Assembly: GCF_001194135.2 (NCBI RefSeq) | Contig: NC_068986.1 | Coordinates: forward strand, 68,264,417 to 68,306,519 | DNA length: 42,103 nucleotides | Source of the DNA: Octopus bimaculoides | Taxonomy: Eukaryota | Reading direction: 5' to 3' | In this document: positions 25,747 to 38,248 of the stretch, piece by piece | Position numbering within the stretch: the stretch's first letter is position 1 | How the letters are laid out: each line of letters starts with the position of its first letter | Program-made: the position numbers and the translations under genes | The notes under the pieces: generated by a model | Told to the model about the DNA's origin: nothing | Databases searched by the model: none | Seen by the model: only the letters and a program-made list of their open reading frames with translations

Positions 25747-26344
25747 AATACATACATACATACAGACAGACAGACAGAAATAACGTTTCTACATTGTTCT
25801 CGTTTCCGGAATATGTTTTCTGCTTTTCTCCAGTTGGGTCTCTGCTTTTTTACCTCTGCCACAGCTATTCCTAGAGAGTTCTTTCTTCCGCCACTCTTGT
25901 GAGTTCCAGGTCGGGGCCTAGTGTGTATTGCAAGACGTTAGTCTTTTTTTTTTTTTTATCCAATCCATTTGGTTTTTTATGCACCACGTCATGTTTTTTG
26001 GAGGGTTTTTTGCCGAGAGAAGGTCCTTTTCTCTCAGGTCTTGTTGAATTTGAATTGTCATCGATGCTTCAGTAAGGGTTTTTTTTTAAATTCTAAGTAG
26101 GGATATTAGTCCTATGCAAACACATTTTTACCACTGGGTGTCAGACATTAGACTGCGGCCAGAATGAATATATAAACAACTCAGAGGATAATAAATATTT
26201 CGCAAGTATAACAGAAATTTCGAGTAAGTGGAGGAAGAGGTTATAGCAGATATCTTTTCTCCTTCATATGTTTTAGTCATTGCTTTACTCGAACGAATGA
26301 ACCCCAAAGCTTATTTGCTTGTTGTTATGCCTGGAACTTATTCT

Positions 26345-26522
26345 ATCGTTCGTGCGTGTGCATTGTCCACCACCACCATTTGACAACCGGTGTTGGTGTG
26401 TTTACATCCCCATAAATTAACGGTTCGGCATCAGAGATCGATAGAATAAGTACCAGGCTTAAAAAATACTCGGATCGATTCATTCTGGCCGCAGTCTAAT
26501 GACTGAAACAAGTAAAAGATAA
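26345..26522 (+). mobile_element. SINE family B, 3' half
   Basis: TTGACAACCGGTGTTGGTGTGTTTACATCCCC...GATAGAATAAGTACCAGGCTT...GCCGCAGTCTAATGACTGAAACAAGTAAAAGATA. Confidence 0.8.
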
Positions 26523-26537
26523 ATATATATATATATC

Positions 26538-26584
<47 letters not shown>

Positions 26585-26644
26585 TTGAAGGTTTGGAGGT
26601 GATGTACAGAAATTATATAGAACATCCAAGTTTCTGAGTACCTT

Positions 26645-27356
26645 NNNNNNNNNNNNNNNNNNNNNNNNNNNNNNNNNNNNNNNNNNNNNNNNNNNNNNNN
26701 NNNNNNNNNNNNNNNNNNNNNNNNNNNNNNNNNNNNNNNNNNNNNNNNNNNNNNNNNNNNNNNNNNNNNNNNNNNNNNNNNNNNNNNNNNNNNNNNNNNN
26801 NNNNNNNNNNNNNNNNNNNNNNNNNNNNNNNNNNNNNNNNNNNNNNNNNNNNNNNNNNNNNNNNNNNNNNNNNNNNNNNNNNNNNNNNNNNNNNNNNNNN
26901 NNNNNNNNNNNNNNNNNNNNNNNNNNNNNNNNNNNNNNNNNNNNNNNNNNNNNNNNNNNNNNNNNNNNNNNNNNNNNNNNNNNNNNNNNNNNNNNNNNNN
27001 NNNNNNNNNNNNNNNNNNNNNNNNNNNNNNNNNNNNNNNNNNNNNNNNNNNNNNNNNNNNNNNNNNNNNNNNNNNNNNNNNNNNNNNNNNNNNNNNNNNN
27101 NNNNNNNNNNNNNNNNNNNNNNNNNNNNNNNNNNNNNNNNNNNNNNNNNNNNNNNNNNNNNNNNNNNNNNNNNNNNNNNNNNNNNNNNNNNNNNNNNNNN
27201 NNNNNNNNNNNNNNNNNNNNNNNNNNNNNNNNNNNNNNNNNNNNNNNNNNNNNNNNNNNNNNNNNNNNNNNNNNNNNNNNNNNNNNNNNNNNNNNNNNNN
27301 NNNNNNNNNNNNNNNNNNNNNNNNNNNNNNNNNNNNNNNNNNNNNNNNNNNNNNNN
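26645..27356. other. Assembly gap (other gaps: 7332-7341, 10850-11562, 14380-14518, 25626-25677, 30998-31007, 35725-36293)
   Basis: N runs, mostly abutting microsatellites. Confidence 0.98.
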
Positions 27357-27584
27357 ATATGATATATGTACATGCTTCTGTTATGTAAGAGAAGACGCAA
27401 TAAAAGCACTACGTCCATATACTGAATTACCATCAGATTGGAAATTTGGTTGACATGTTTGCTACCGCCATCATTATCATCAGCATCATCATCTACTGCA
27501 ACAACATCATCATTACCATCATCTTCACAGTTACGCTTATCACTTTCAACTATGGCTCCAAGCACCACTACATTTCTTTCTGCA

Positions 27585-28440
27585 TCTGAAATCGCTTTCT
27601 AAGTTTGATTTGATCCACTTTGGGAAAGAGGAAATTCTTAAATTACCATATGTTCTTCCCTCGGGCGATTCCTTAGTGTCATCCAACAACACCAGAGATC
27701 TTGGAGTAATTGTTGATAACAATCTAAGCTGGGGTCGCCACGGGAATAGCAAGGTTGACTTGGCCCACAAGATGTGCTCCTGGATTCTGAGAACTTGCCA
27801 GTCTAGAGATGCCTACACCATCATCCTTCTCTACTCTACTTTTGCCCGACCCCACCTTGAATATTGTTGCCTATTGTGATGCCCCCTATACGAAGCAACT
27901 CATTATAAAAGTAGAAGCACTCCAGAGGTCCATAACAAGAAAGATAGACGGCATTGATTATTGGGGTCGATTAAAAAAACTCAACGTCTACTCTCTCCAA
28001 CACCGCCGTGAGCGCTACATCATTTGTGTTATGTGGAAAATATTCCATCAATATTGCACAAATGATGTTGGCATAAATTTTAAAATCCATACAAGACTTG
28101 GCACCCGTGCTATCCGCCCACTACAAAAATAGAACTCGATACACAAAGCAACATTACGTCACAATTACTTTACCTCAAACGGTCCAGCTCTCTTTAATAC
28201 CATACCAAAATACGTCAAAACAACCGATCCCATAAAATTCAAATGTTTACTGGAAAAATTTCTTCAAAATATCCCTCACCAATGTCCTACACCCGGATAT
28301 GTCTCCACCAATAATAACTCTTTGTTAGAGCGGGCTATGGTGCCCCATATATGACTAAAAGACTTCACCAGGTGGTGCTATTGAGTTAGACATGGCCTGG
28401 GCTTATACTGGTCGAAACCTATCAAACTTGTCAAAGTTAC
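27585..28440 (+). mobile_element. CR1-clade LINE, 5'-truncated 3' fragment (RT C-terminus plus 3' UTR)
   Basis: Frameshifted RDLGVIVDNNLSW, LYSTFARPHLEYC, VEALQRSITRKI, RLKKLNVYSLQHRRERYII are typical CR1-type ORF2 C-terminal motifs. End coordinates are approximate. Confidence 0.85.
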
Positions 28441-28581
28441 ACAAGAATATGGAGGTTGTCCATGTATTTTATGTCTGTGAGAGGTAAAGAAATTTGATAC
28501 TTACTTACTTCATAGAAATAATAATTAGATTTCAACTATAGAATCGTATTTAATCTATTTCATAATAAAAATGATATTAAA

Positions 28582-28721
28582 GGCGTGACTGTGTGATATG
28601 AAGTTTGCTTCTTAATCACATTGTTCCGAGTTCAGTCCCACAGCGTGGCACCTTGGCCAAGTGTCATGTACTATAGCCTCGGGACGACTAAAGCCTTGTG
28701 AGTGGATTTCGTATACGGAAT
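28582..28721 (+). mobile_element. SINE family B, 5' half
   Basis: GGCGTGACTGTGTGATATGAAGTTTGCTTC...GAGTTCAGTCCCACAGCGTGGCACCTTGGCCAAGTGTC...GCCTTGTGAGTGGATTT aligns with the 5' part of the 38513 copy. Confidence 0.85.
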
Positions 28722-29091
28722 ACTAATCACACATGCGAATTCCGGTCTTAGCTGAATCTCTTCAGTGTAGCAACGAAGTTAACATTGTTTATAAGAAACA
28801 AAGAAACAAAATATAAACAGACTTTCACAGTCAGAAATTAATGAGCGGGAGTTTTGGCGAGAAAAACTAACAAATGTTTTCAGTCGTTTTTCTCAAATTA
28901 AACATACATACATACATACATACATACATACGTTCATTCTTTCATTCGAAGCGACAAGTCGCGTATTTGGCGTTGAGACTAAATAACTAGTTACTCTTTA
29001 GATGAATTAACTGAGGGAGCCTTTTATTCACGATCGTAGAAATTTTCGACTGAAACTTGAATTTAACATGCAGAGAGTTACTACAAACCAA

Positions 29092-29573
29092 CATGACTGG
29101 ACACATCAACAACACAATCGAGGAACAGAACGAAAGCAATAGCTCAACAAGTAAACAAATTCTTTTTAGCTGTAGTTATAGAAGAAACCGTAACTACAAA
29201 ACTCATTTCTCTTGGAGTTATGAATTGAATAATGATCTATTTAACTGCTACGACAAAGCGAAACACAACTCCGCTGTTGGCTATTGAAATCATATTGGGA
29301 CGATCTGCATCCAGAATTAAATCATTTTACTGTGAAGCAACTACGCCAACAAGCAACATTTGTAGTACATAGAAAGAAGGTTAGTAACTGTAACTTTAAT
29401 AAAAGTCGAAAATTAACCTTCTTCCCAACTCTATGAACAAAAACGAAAACGTGAATGATATAAGACCACCACATGATTTCGCAGCTAGCGATATTCCAAC
29501 AGATTCCATAGTGCCTGACAGCCAAACTACATTACAGGCTCAAGTAACTGACCGCTGTCCCGCAACGATTACT

Positions 29574-29644
<71 letters not shown>

Positions 29645-32540
29645 CAGGATTATATGCCGGTGAAATGTGCCCTTGCTGAAATTTTCCGAGCAAAAATAAC
29701 TTTGGCTTTGAAGGACTCTCTCGAGGAGAGTATTCTCTACCAAGGCGAGTAAAAAGCCATCAGATACGGTTTTAAAAGTTGTTAACGACATTAGTGATGA
29801 GTATTTACAACAGTATGATGAACCCAGATACTGGCAGATTAACGCCTGTCTATATGCGTTGGCTAAAACTGTAAAACAGTACATGAATGATATTCAAAAA
29901 GTAAACAAAACCGAAATAACAAAGAAAGTACCATCATGGGTTTTGAAGACAGAGATAAAGATAAATGGTTTACAGAAGACTATCAGTCATGTAATGATGC
30001 TTATTGCATGCAAACAAGCAAATCATTATAGGTCCCACCAACAGAAAGTAAAGAAGGAGATAAAAATGATGCGTTTGGAGACAGCAAAAAGAGAACACTC
30101 ATTTGCAAACTGATTACCCTCAAGCAGGATCTAAAAGCTGACAGTGAAAAACTCCAACATCAGAAGAGAATAACCGAGAGAAGAACAATAAACAAAAACT
30201 TTAACTGCGACCAGGCAGCTGTATACAGAGACATGAGAGGAGGAGCAGCAAACATTACGGAAGTTCCTTCACGAGAAGACATAGACTCCTTCTGGAGGGA
30301 AATCTGAAGTGAAGAGAAGGAATTTAACCAAGATGCTCTGTGGCTGGAAGAAACCCGAAAAAAGTTATTGCTCCTGTGTTACATCCAAGACATAGAACAT
30401 TGATGGTGAAACTCTTGCAACTGTGATCCAGAACCTCCAAGATGGAAAAGCACCTGGAAGAGACTTGATTGTTGAATATTGATACAAGAAGCTAATATTC
30501 TACCGATCATATCTTACCAATCTGTACCAGCAAGCTTTCATTGGGAACAATAGTATACCACACTGACTAGCTCTGACAGAGAGAAAGTTGATCCTCAAAT
30601 GGAGAACCACCCACATGGCAAAAAACTGCCGGCCAATTGCATGCCAGAACTTAATGTATAAGATATATACAGCATGTTTAAACCTCTTCCTCCAAGACCA
30701 TTGTGAAACCAATAACATTATCACAGCAGAACAAGCAGCTGGGAAGAAGGGAGTTTGGGGATGTGCCGAGCAAATGCTAATCAACAAAACTGTGATGTCA
30801 GAGGTGCGCGAGCATATGAGGAACTTAGTTTCAATGTTGCTAGATTACAAGAAAGCATTTGACTCTGTTCCCCACTCATGGATGCTAGGAACCCTTCAAC
30901 TTGCTAAAGTTCCAGTGAGAATAGTCAAAGCCATAGCTGACCTGACTTCATCGTGGGCCACCATCTTGAAATTAAACACACAGAGTGACTGTATTATNNN
31001 NNNNNNNACCTGACTTCATCGTGGGCCACCATCTTGAAATTAAACACACAGAGTGACTGTATTATCACCGATAGAATACAATATCGCAAAGGTATATTTC
31101 AAGGAGACAGCCTCTCTGTGGTGTTGTCAATATTTTCTGTAAACCCCTTGTTATTCATGTTAAGGAAGCCTGAAGGATATCTCACTGGTTCACAAGGAAA
31201 CAGAAATACCAAAATTACACAATGCTTCTTTGTGGATGACTAACAACTTTATACAACGAATATGCATGAGATAAAAAAAAAGAGCCTTGACCTAGTTACA
31301 ACATTCTCAAAGGATGTAGGGTTGGAGTTTAGTCAGGAAAAATGTTGTTATATGGTTGTGAAAAGGAGGAAAACTATAAACCAGACTAATAACACCTCCA
31401 TCATTGATTTGACTGTTTCCCCTGTATCTGACGAGGAATGTTACAAATATCTAGGAGTGAATGAAAATATATCTTACAATGGCACTTGTAACAAAACAAA
31501 CACACATCACTAAAGAATATTACAGCCGAATAAAGAAAAATTTGGACCTCAGAACTCTTTGCATTCAATAACACAGTGGCCCACAATGTGTTTGCAGTGT
31601 TTGGACTAGAAGTGCATCCCCTGACCAAGTTTGCATACATGAGGCTGATAACATCATAAGACTTCCGAATACATGCTCAAAGAAGTTGCACGACTCTACC
31701 GCAACGTATCATCAGATGAAAGCATGAGCCTATATGAGCAGAAGATTATGCATGGATATGTTAGTAGAAAGCTCCGGGATGATAGTAACATCGATCATCA
31801 AGGCAGTTTATCATGGACGAATAGCCGGATTACTACATCCCACTTTGAAGGGTATGCGTCTACAATCCAGGAACAGGAAATATCAACCGAGTACCTGATG
31901 CACAAAAAGAATAGAGATGCGGGAAAAGTTGTAGAATGTAACAACCGATGCAGACTTTGTGGAGTTCACACTGAAGATATCACCCACATCATAAGCAGCT
32001 GTCCGAAAATGTAATCACGGTATTATCTACCGATGAGACATGACGTTGTAGCTAGGACACTCTATAAGGAAATCCGTCAGAAAGATAATCCCGAGGACCA
32101 AGAATAAGAACCCACAATATAGTAAAAGCCATAGCCACTCATAATGAAAAGGAATACTGATGGTATATACCAGTGAAGACCTCAATAAAATGTAAGCACA
32201 ATAGACCTGATATAATGATTTGGGATAGAGAAGAGAAACTGTGCACAGTTGTAGAAATTAGCTGCCCAGCGGATGTTAACACAAAGCTGAAGATCAGTGA
32301 AAAGAGAACACCTATGCTGAACTATTGATAAATCTGCAGTTACTCTATCCAGATTACAAGTTCAGGTTTATACCTATAATTATTGGGGCCCTGGGATATG
32401 TAACATGCTGCCTAAATACCAATCTTGAGAAATTAGGCTTCTCAAAACCAGAAAGAAGAGAGTTAATTAGAAGACTACAGATCCAATCCATCACTAGAAC
32501 CATAAAAATCTGTAAAACTTTCCAGAAGTTTATCAATTAA
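29092..32540 (+). pseudogene. RT plus RLE polyprotein pseudogene of the R4-like element
   Basis: N-terminal WSYELNNDLFNCY..A. RT motifs NCRPIACQNLMYKIYT, DYKKAFDSVPHSW, GIFQGDSLS, FFVDD and YKYLGV. Zinc knuckle CRLCG..EDITHIISSCP, RHD, and endonuclease RPDIMIWD/VEISCP. Many stops and frameshifts, and an apparent internal deletion near 31620. Confidence 0.85.
29574..29644 (+). repeat. (GTA)n triplet microsatellite inside the R4-like ORF
   Basis: Pure GTA run of about 23 units. Confidence 0.95.
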
Positions 32541-32725
32541 ATATATATGAGCATGTCAAGATATGTAACTATATGCATGAGAATAAAACAACACAAATTT
32601 GCACATGCATACATACTACATACCCTGTTGTTGATGTTGAAATTCCAATGAAGGAACCTTGGATCTAGGTTAGAAACCGATTCTTTCTCTATTGGCAAGA
32701 AATCTTGAAATAAACTGAATAATGA

Positions 32726-33064
32726 CATACATACATAAAGACCTCCCCACTTCGGTCATGAATGACCATGGAATTGCATGTAGAAAGTTCCCCTCCGAGG
32801 CAAGTCCGAGCAGGCTTGTTTATGGAACACAAGCAGTCGTCCATGCATACCAGCCTCCCCTCTCCACGCCACCGATGTTGTCCAAGGGAAAGGCAAAGGC
32901 CGATACAACTTGGCACCTGTGATGTCGCAACTCATTTCTACAGCCGAGTGAACTGGAGCAACGTGAAATAAAGTGTCTTACTCAAGAACACAACATACAA
33001 CCTAGTCCGAGAATCGAACTCACTACCTCATCAGCCCGACGCTGTAACCACTGAACCATGTGCC
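32726..33064 (-). mobile_element. SINE family D, second copy with (TATG)n tail
   Basis: Homologous to 15775-16081. It ends on the minus strand in GGTCTTTATGTATGTATG, directly abutting the 3' end of the R4-like LINE. Confidence 0.9.
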
Positions 33065-33769
33065 AAGGGTAGAAGTTTGAACTAATGCATTTGTTTTTTG
33101 CTCCATGACTCTTACTTTTCAGATTCAAATTTTTACGCAAGTTTTTTTCTCTGTTCAAGCCTCTTTTTGTTCTTGATCCCATATTGCCATATAGCATGTA
33201 TATCTATTTGGGTAAACGAGATTAGCGCATGGTGTACAACTGGCCATTGCTTTCAAGACAGAATGAGAGAGAGCTAAGTTTGGGAGAGCTTAGTTCCAGT
33301 ATTTTTTAGGGCGTTTTCGTAGCACTGGAGAAGATTTCTGATTTAAATGTAAAGACCAAGTGAAACGAGAAGGATACTTTATGTTGTCTCGTGTAGCTTA
33401 TTACAGGTGTCGTAGTATTGCTTCTGTTCGTATCAGTGTTTGCGTTGCTGTTATCAATATGTGCCATGATCGTAAAAGTGAAATTTCATGTTGTGTAAGA
33501 TATATTTTGTAATCCAGTCTGAATGATGCTGAGATGGTAAGTAAAAAGTTGTTAGTCATATTTATAACACAAGAAATAAACTGTTACTGGTATAGATTGG
33601 AAGATTCGGTATAATTGCAGAAAAAAAAACCGTTTGAATAAGCATTTTTAAACGAACCCCTCCCCACCCATATGCTTGCATGTTTGATGTCGATGGCGCC
33701 ATATGTATGCATGTGTGTGTATACAAGCTCTTATTGTGATATTTAGATATAAATACACACACGCGCACA

Positions 33770-33980
33770 CAGATGCATACATATGCAAAAAGTGGAAGGG
33801 TAAAATTATGCAAGAATTTCTCAAAGTTCAATGCATAACAATCATTGTTGTTATTCAACTTCCAGTGGTGAAGCTTATGTTTCCATTAGAAAAACAGTTC
33901 CCTTCTAAGAAAACTTTTTATAAACATTAAAAGATAACGGCTAACAAGGACACTCACACACGAACACACACACACACACA
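33770..33980 (+). repeat. About 200-bp block duplicated at 38250-38500
   Basis: GTAAAATTATGCAAGAATTTCTCAAAGTTCAATGCATAACAATCATTGTTG...TTAGAAAAA...CCTTCTAAGAA...TTTTATAAACATTAAA...AACGGCT is present in both, each between CA tracts. Confidence 0.85.
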
Positions 33981-34055
33981 AACTCACATACATATAATAT
34001 ATGAAACTAGAGTTAATAACCCGTTGTCAAAATCTAACGACTTATGAGAAGTTTC

Positions 34056-34418
34056 GGCACTATCATGCTATTAGCTGTCAGAAGTGAAAGTGCTCACTGC
34101 TAGTGAAGTATCTGTCTGTCTGCCTGTCTGCCTGCATGCCTGTTGCTGGCCTGTCTGTCTCTCTCTCTCTATCTATCTATATATTACTCGAAAGTTCGCG
34201 CGTCCGCGCTAGCTAGTCGTGAGTGGTCGATCCTATTATTTTTAAACTTCAAACTTCATTTGTTTTCTATTTTGATAAATTCTCTCTGTTGAAAATTATA
34301 TTTTTATATTTTAAATAATTTGCAATTTCAGGAAATATGTTTTTATATTAAATTTGTGTTTTCTACTCACGACTAGCTAGCGCGGACGCGCGAACTTTCG
34401 AGTAATAGATAGATAGAT

Positions 34419-34451
<33 letters not shown>

Positions 34452-34606
34452 TATAGCTCGCTCCGGACAGTCATGGTATTAGCTGTCAGTAGCCAAAGAA
34501 TCGACAGGCCAGCAACAGGCATGCAGGCAGACAGGCAGACAGACAGATACTTCACTAGCAGGCAGTGAGCACTTTCACTTCTGACAGCTAATAGCATGAT
34601 AGTGCC
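34056..34606. mobile_element. Foldback MITE with long TIRs and 8-bp TSD, Merlin-like, 551 bp
   Basis: Termini GGCACTATCATGCTATTAGCTGTCAGAAGTGAAAGTGCTCACTGC and its reverse complement. The arms stay near-identical to about 34222/34365 around an AT-rich spacer. TSD GAAGTTTC at 34048-34055 and 34607-34614. The superfamily is inferred from GG termini plus the 8-bp TSD. Confidence 0.8.
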
Positions 34607-36839
34607 GAAGTTTCAAAATAAAAGTACTCTTTTATTCCATTGTTTAAAAACCTAGAATTTTGTAAAGCAAAATAAGACGCCTTATCTGCGGGTGAGTAGT
34701 ATTCTTTTTGTGGGAAAATCTGAATGAAACAGTCATATTCGAAATGACATTTCAATGCGAAAGAGAGTCTGTTTAATGGCCGCGAGAGAGTCGTTGGTAT
34801 GAGATTAATGAGGGAGTGAAAGAGAGAAGCGGGAGAAAGAAGGCAACAAATAGAAAGATGGTACTTTATCGCTGCTCCTACTGCTGCTGCTATTGTTGCT
34901 GCTGCTGTTGGTGTTTTTGTTGGATAGGGTAGCGACCATCGTGGGTGACATTGATGGTTTGGCTTATTTCTTATCATCAGCAGTCTGTATAAGTTCATCT
35001 AAACTGTCTTTAAAACTGAACAAATACTTTGCACAAGGCTTATATTTCATTTGATGTTTCACTTTTTTAAACACTTTTATAGTCTGTGATAGTCAGAAAT
35101 AAACAGATCAGCTAAATGGTATTTTAACAGTTTGGCATTGCATAATGTTTAGAAGCATGACTTTAAATAGAACTAAATAAAATAGGGAGATAGAAATCCT
35201 GGCGATTAGTAGACTGTAACTGAAGTCTGTAAGTTAGTTACCAGACATGTGTCAAGTTTTCAAACGGATGTCGATTGCCAGTGGTACGTATTTCACGTGA
35301 GTTCTCTTGGGAAATACGTACACATCTTCGCAGTTCTTACCACGTTCATATCACCGTAGAACTGTTTCATTCTTATTCATACACATACCTCCCCCCACAC
35401 ACCTACGCGTGTGTGTGTATTTGTGTGTGTGAGTGTGTGCTTGTGTGTGCGCGCCCGTTTGTGTATACATATATACGCATGTATATATATGTATATATAT
35501 ATATGTATATATATATATGCATACATACATATATATGTGCATACATACATATATATATATCTTATCTTCGAAACGTCTAGTTGGAATAGAGACAGCTGAT
35601 GAATGGATATTCCAAGTGGCTTTCCGTTTTCCTATGTGTTCGTTCCGTTGTCAGTAGTTCATTGTTCTAACGTTCTGTACCCTGATATGCATATATATAT
35701 ATACACATGTAGATGTAAGTATGTNNNNNNNNNNNNNNNNNNNNNNNNNNNNNNNNNNNNNNNNNNNNNNNNNNNNNNNNNNNNNNNNNNNNNNNNNNNN
35801 NNNNNNNNNNNNNNNNNNNNNNNNNNNNNNNNNNNNNNNNNNNNNNNNNNNNNNNNNNNNNNNNNNNNNNNNNNNNNNNNNNNNNNNNNNNNNNNNNNNN
35901 NNNNNNNNNNNNNNNNNNNNNNNNNNNNNNNNNNNNNNNNNNNNNNNNNNNNNNNNNNNNNNNNNNNNNNNNNNNNNNNNNNNNNNNNNNNNNNNNNNNN
36001 NNNNNNNNNNNNNNNNNNNNNNNNNNNNNNNNNNNNNNNNNNNNNNNNNNNNNNNNNNNNNNNNNNNNNNNNNNNNNNNNNNNNNNNNNNNNNNNNNNNN
36101 NNNNNNNNNNNNNNNNNNNNNNNNNNNNNNNNNNNNNNNNNNNNNNNNNNNNNNNNNNNNNNNNNNNNNNNNNNNNNNNNNNNNNNNNNNNNNNNNNNNN
36201 NNNNNNNNNNNNNNNNNNNNNNNNNNNNNNNNNNNNNNNNNNNNNNNNNNNNNNNNNNNNNNNNNNNNNNNNNNNNNNNNNNNNNNNNNNNNNATGCACA
36301 CACATAGATATATGTATGTAATATATGTATATAGACGCATACATATACACACAATCACACACGTATGTATGTATAATCTGTTATTAAAACTGATTATTAT
36401 GCATTAATTTCCTTCATCTAAAAATCTGTTTTGAAAGCTAGACAAGAAAAAAGACACAAAAGCCATATACCCTATGTTAATTGAAAAATAAAACAGTTTC
36501 TCTGATACACCAAGCAATAAAAATGTATATACACGCACAATGCATCACATGTATATGCGTGAATATCTACCCTGTATATATATGCACATATATGCGTGTG
36601 CATATATTATATGTGGGTGTGTGTATGTATATATATATATGTGTGTGTGTGTGTAATTATGCGTGTATATCTAACTATAAGTGTGTGTATTTGAGCATGC
36701 GTTCGTATAAAAGCAATCCACACAACCTTCCCTTATGACAAAAGAATGAATGGCGTTGTTTACTCATACCGTTACTCTCTATGCCAATACAGAAAGATCG
36801 CCTGTATAAATGTGTGTGCCTAGACTAAGTTACTAACTA

Positions 36840-38119
36840 TCAGGTCATTAAGAATGAAATGTCCGATTTTGAAATGGATATTTATTTTACTTTATCTCAA
36901 TAAAAAGCAGTGCAATTAATCAAAGTATGCACCTAAATTACAAACACAATTTTGCCATTTTATCGGTAGCTTATTTTGCTGGCGGCGAAGATTCTTGAGA
37001 GCAAGATGTGACGAAATCACGAAAGCTGTTGTTACATCTTCTTCAGATTTGAAGTTTTTGTTCTTTGCAAAGCGTTGTCTGCTGCCTGAAAAACGCGATA
37101 TTCAGTTGATGCAAGGTCTGGTGAATATAGTGGATGGCAGAACACTTCCAAGTTCAGCTCCTGTAAGTTGAGTAGAGTTCTTTGTGCAGCATGTGATTGA
37201 GCATTGTCTTGCTAGAGAATTGGCCTGTCTCTATTGACCAATCTTGGTTGTTTAATTGCAAGTTCACTCATCATTTCATCCAATTCGTTGATGTATACAT
37301 CCGCTGTAATTGACCTACCAAGTCTTGTAAAGTTGTAGTGGATGACACCAGTGCTGCACCACCAAACAGACACCATTATCTTTCTTTGGTGAATATTCTT
37401 TCTTGGATTGTGTTATGGCAATTCGTCTCTATCCATCAACTGTGCAGAACACTTGCTATTGTTGAAAAGAATCCATTTTTCATCACACATAACAATGCGA
37501 TGCAAAAAATGGTTTGCTTTTATGCCGTGACAACGAAGAGCAGTTAGTTTCAAGACGACGTGTCATTTGATGCTCGTTTAGTTTGTGTGGTACCCACTTG
37601 TCCAGCTTCTTTACCTTACCGATTTCTTTCAGATGGTCTGATACAGTTGAAAATGAAACATCAAACCTTGCTGCTAATTCACGCGTAGTTTGTGATCTAT
37701 CTGCTTCCACTACAGTTTCTAGCTCATTATTATCCACCATGGTCTCAGGTCTACCACAGGGCTGATTTTCAAGAGTAAAGTCACCAGACAGGAACTTCTC
37801 AAACCATTGACGTACAGTGCGCTCATTCGCCGCATCTTCACCAAACACCTCATTGATGTTTCAAGCTGTCTGGAATGCATTGGATCCAGACAGAACTCAT
37901 ATTCATAAACACGAATTTTTTATCTAAACATGGGTTCACAAAAATTGATTTACCAGAGAAACTCACAATATAATCAGACATCATGAGTTGCATTTCGAAA
38001 AGTGATGATGTAACTCTTCAATGTTGTAAAACACAAAATTGTCAGGATAAAACATTAGAGTCAACGACCACCAAACTTGGTGCTTAAGAAAATCTGACAT
38101 TTCATTCTTAATTACCTGC
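36840..38119 (-). mobile_element. Full-length mariner (Tc1/mariner) element, 1280 bp, decayed
   Basis: 31-bp TIRs TCAGGTCATTAAGAATGAAATGTCCGATTTT (36840-36870) and AAAATCTGACATTTCATTCTTAATTACCTGC (38089-38119), with 3 mismatches. TA lies at 36838-36839 on the left; the right flank reads TT. Confidence 0.92.
36916..37931 (-). pseudogene. Mariner DD34D transposase pseudogene
   Basis: ERTVRQWFEKF..GDFTLENQPCGRP, KKLDKWVPHKL, CDEKWIL, QDNA, HPLYSPDLASTEY (third catalytic D appears as E) and C-terminal LGAYFD*. In-frame stops and frameshifts are present. Confidence 0.9.
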
Positions 38120-38202
38120 TTATTTGCTTTAACATCGAGATGTTTTGCGCAATATACTTGTTGGTACCAGCATGGGAAGATAATATCTAGAAAATGTTCA
38201 CT

Positions 38203-38248
<46 letters not shown>

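Larger units (their letters stand above)
28932..32725 (+). mobile_element. R4/Dong-like non-LTR retrotransposon (restriction-like endonuclease type), near full length, decayed
   Basis: Single broken ORF with RT and C-terminal CCHC/RLE motifs plus a 3' UTR ending AATCTTGAAATAAACTGAATAATGA. It is flanked by (CATA)7 at 28903-28930 and (CATA)3 at 32726-32737. Confidence 0.85.

Noticed and set aside
30940-31065. 58-bp direct repeat inside the RT region
   Set aside because: The two identical copies (30940-30997, 31008-31065) flank a 10-N gap, so this is a contig-overlap artefact.
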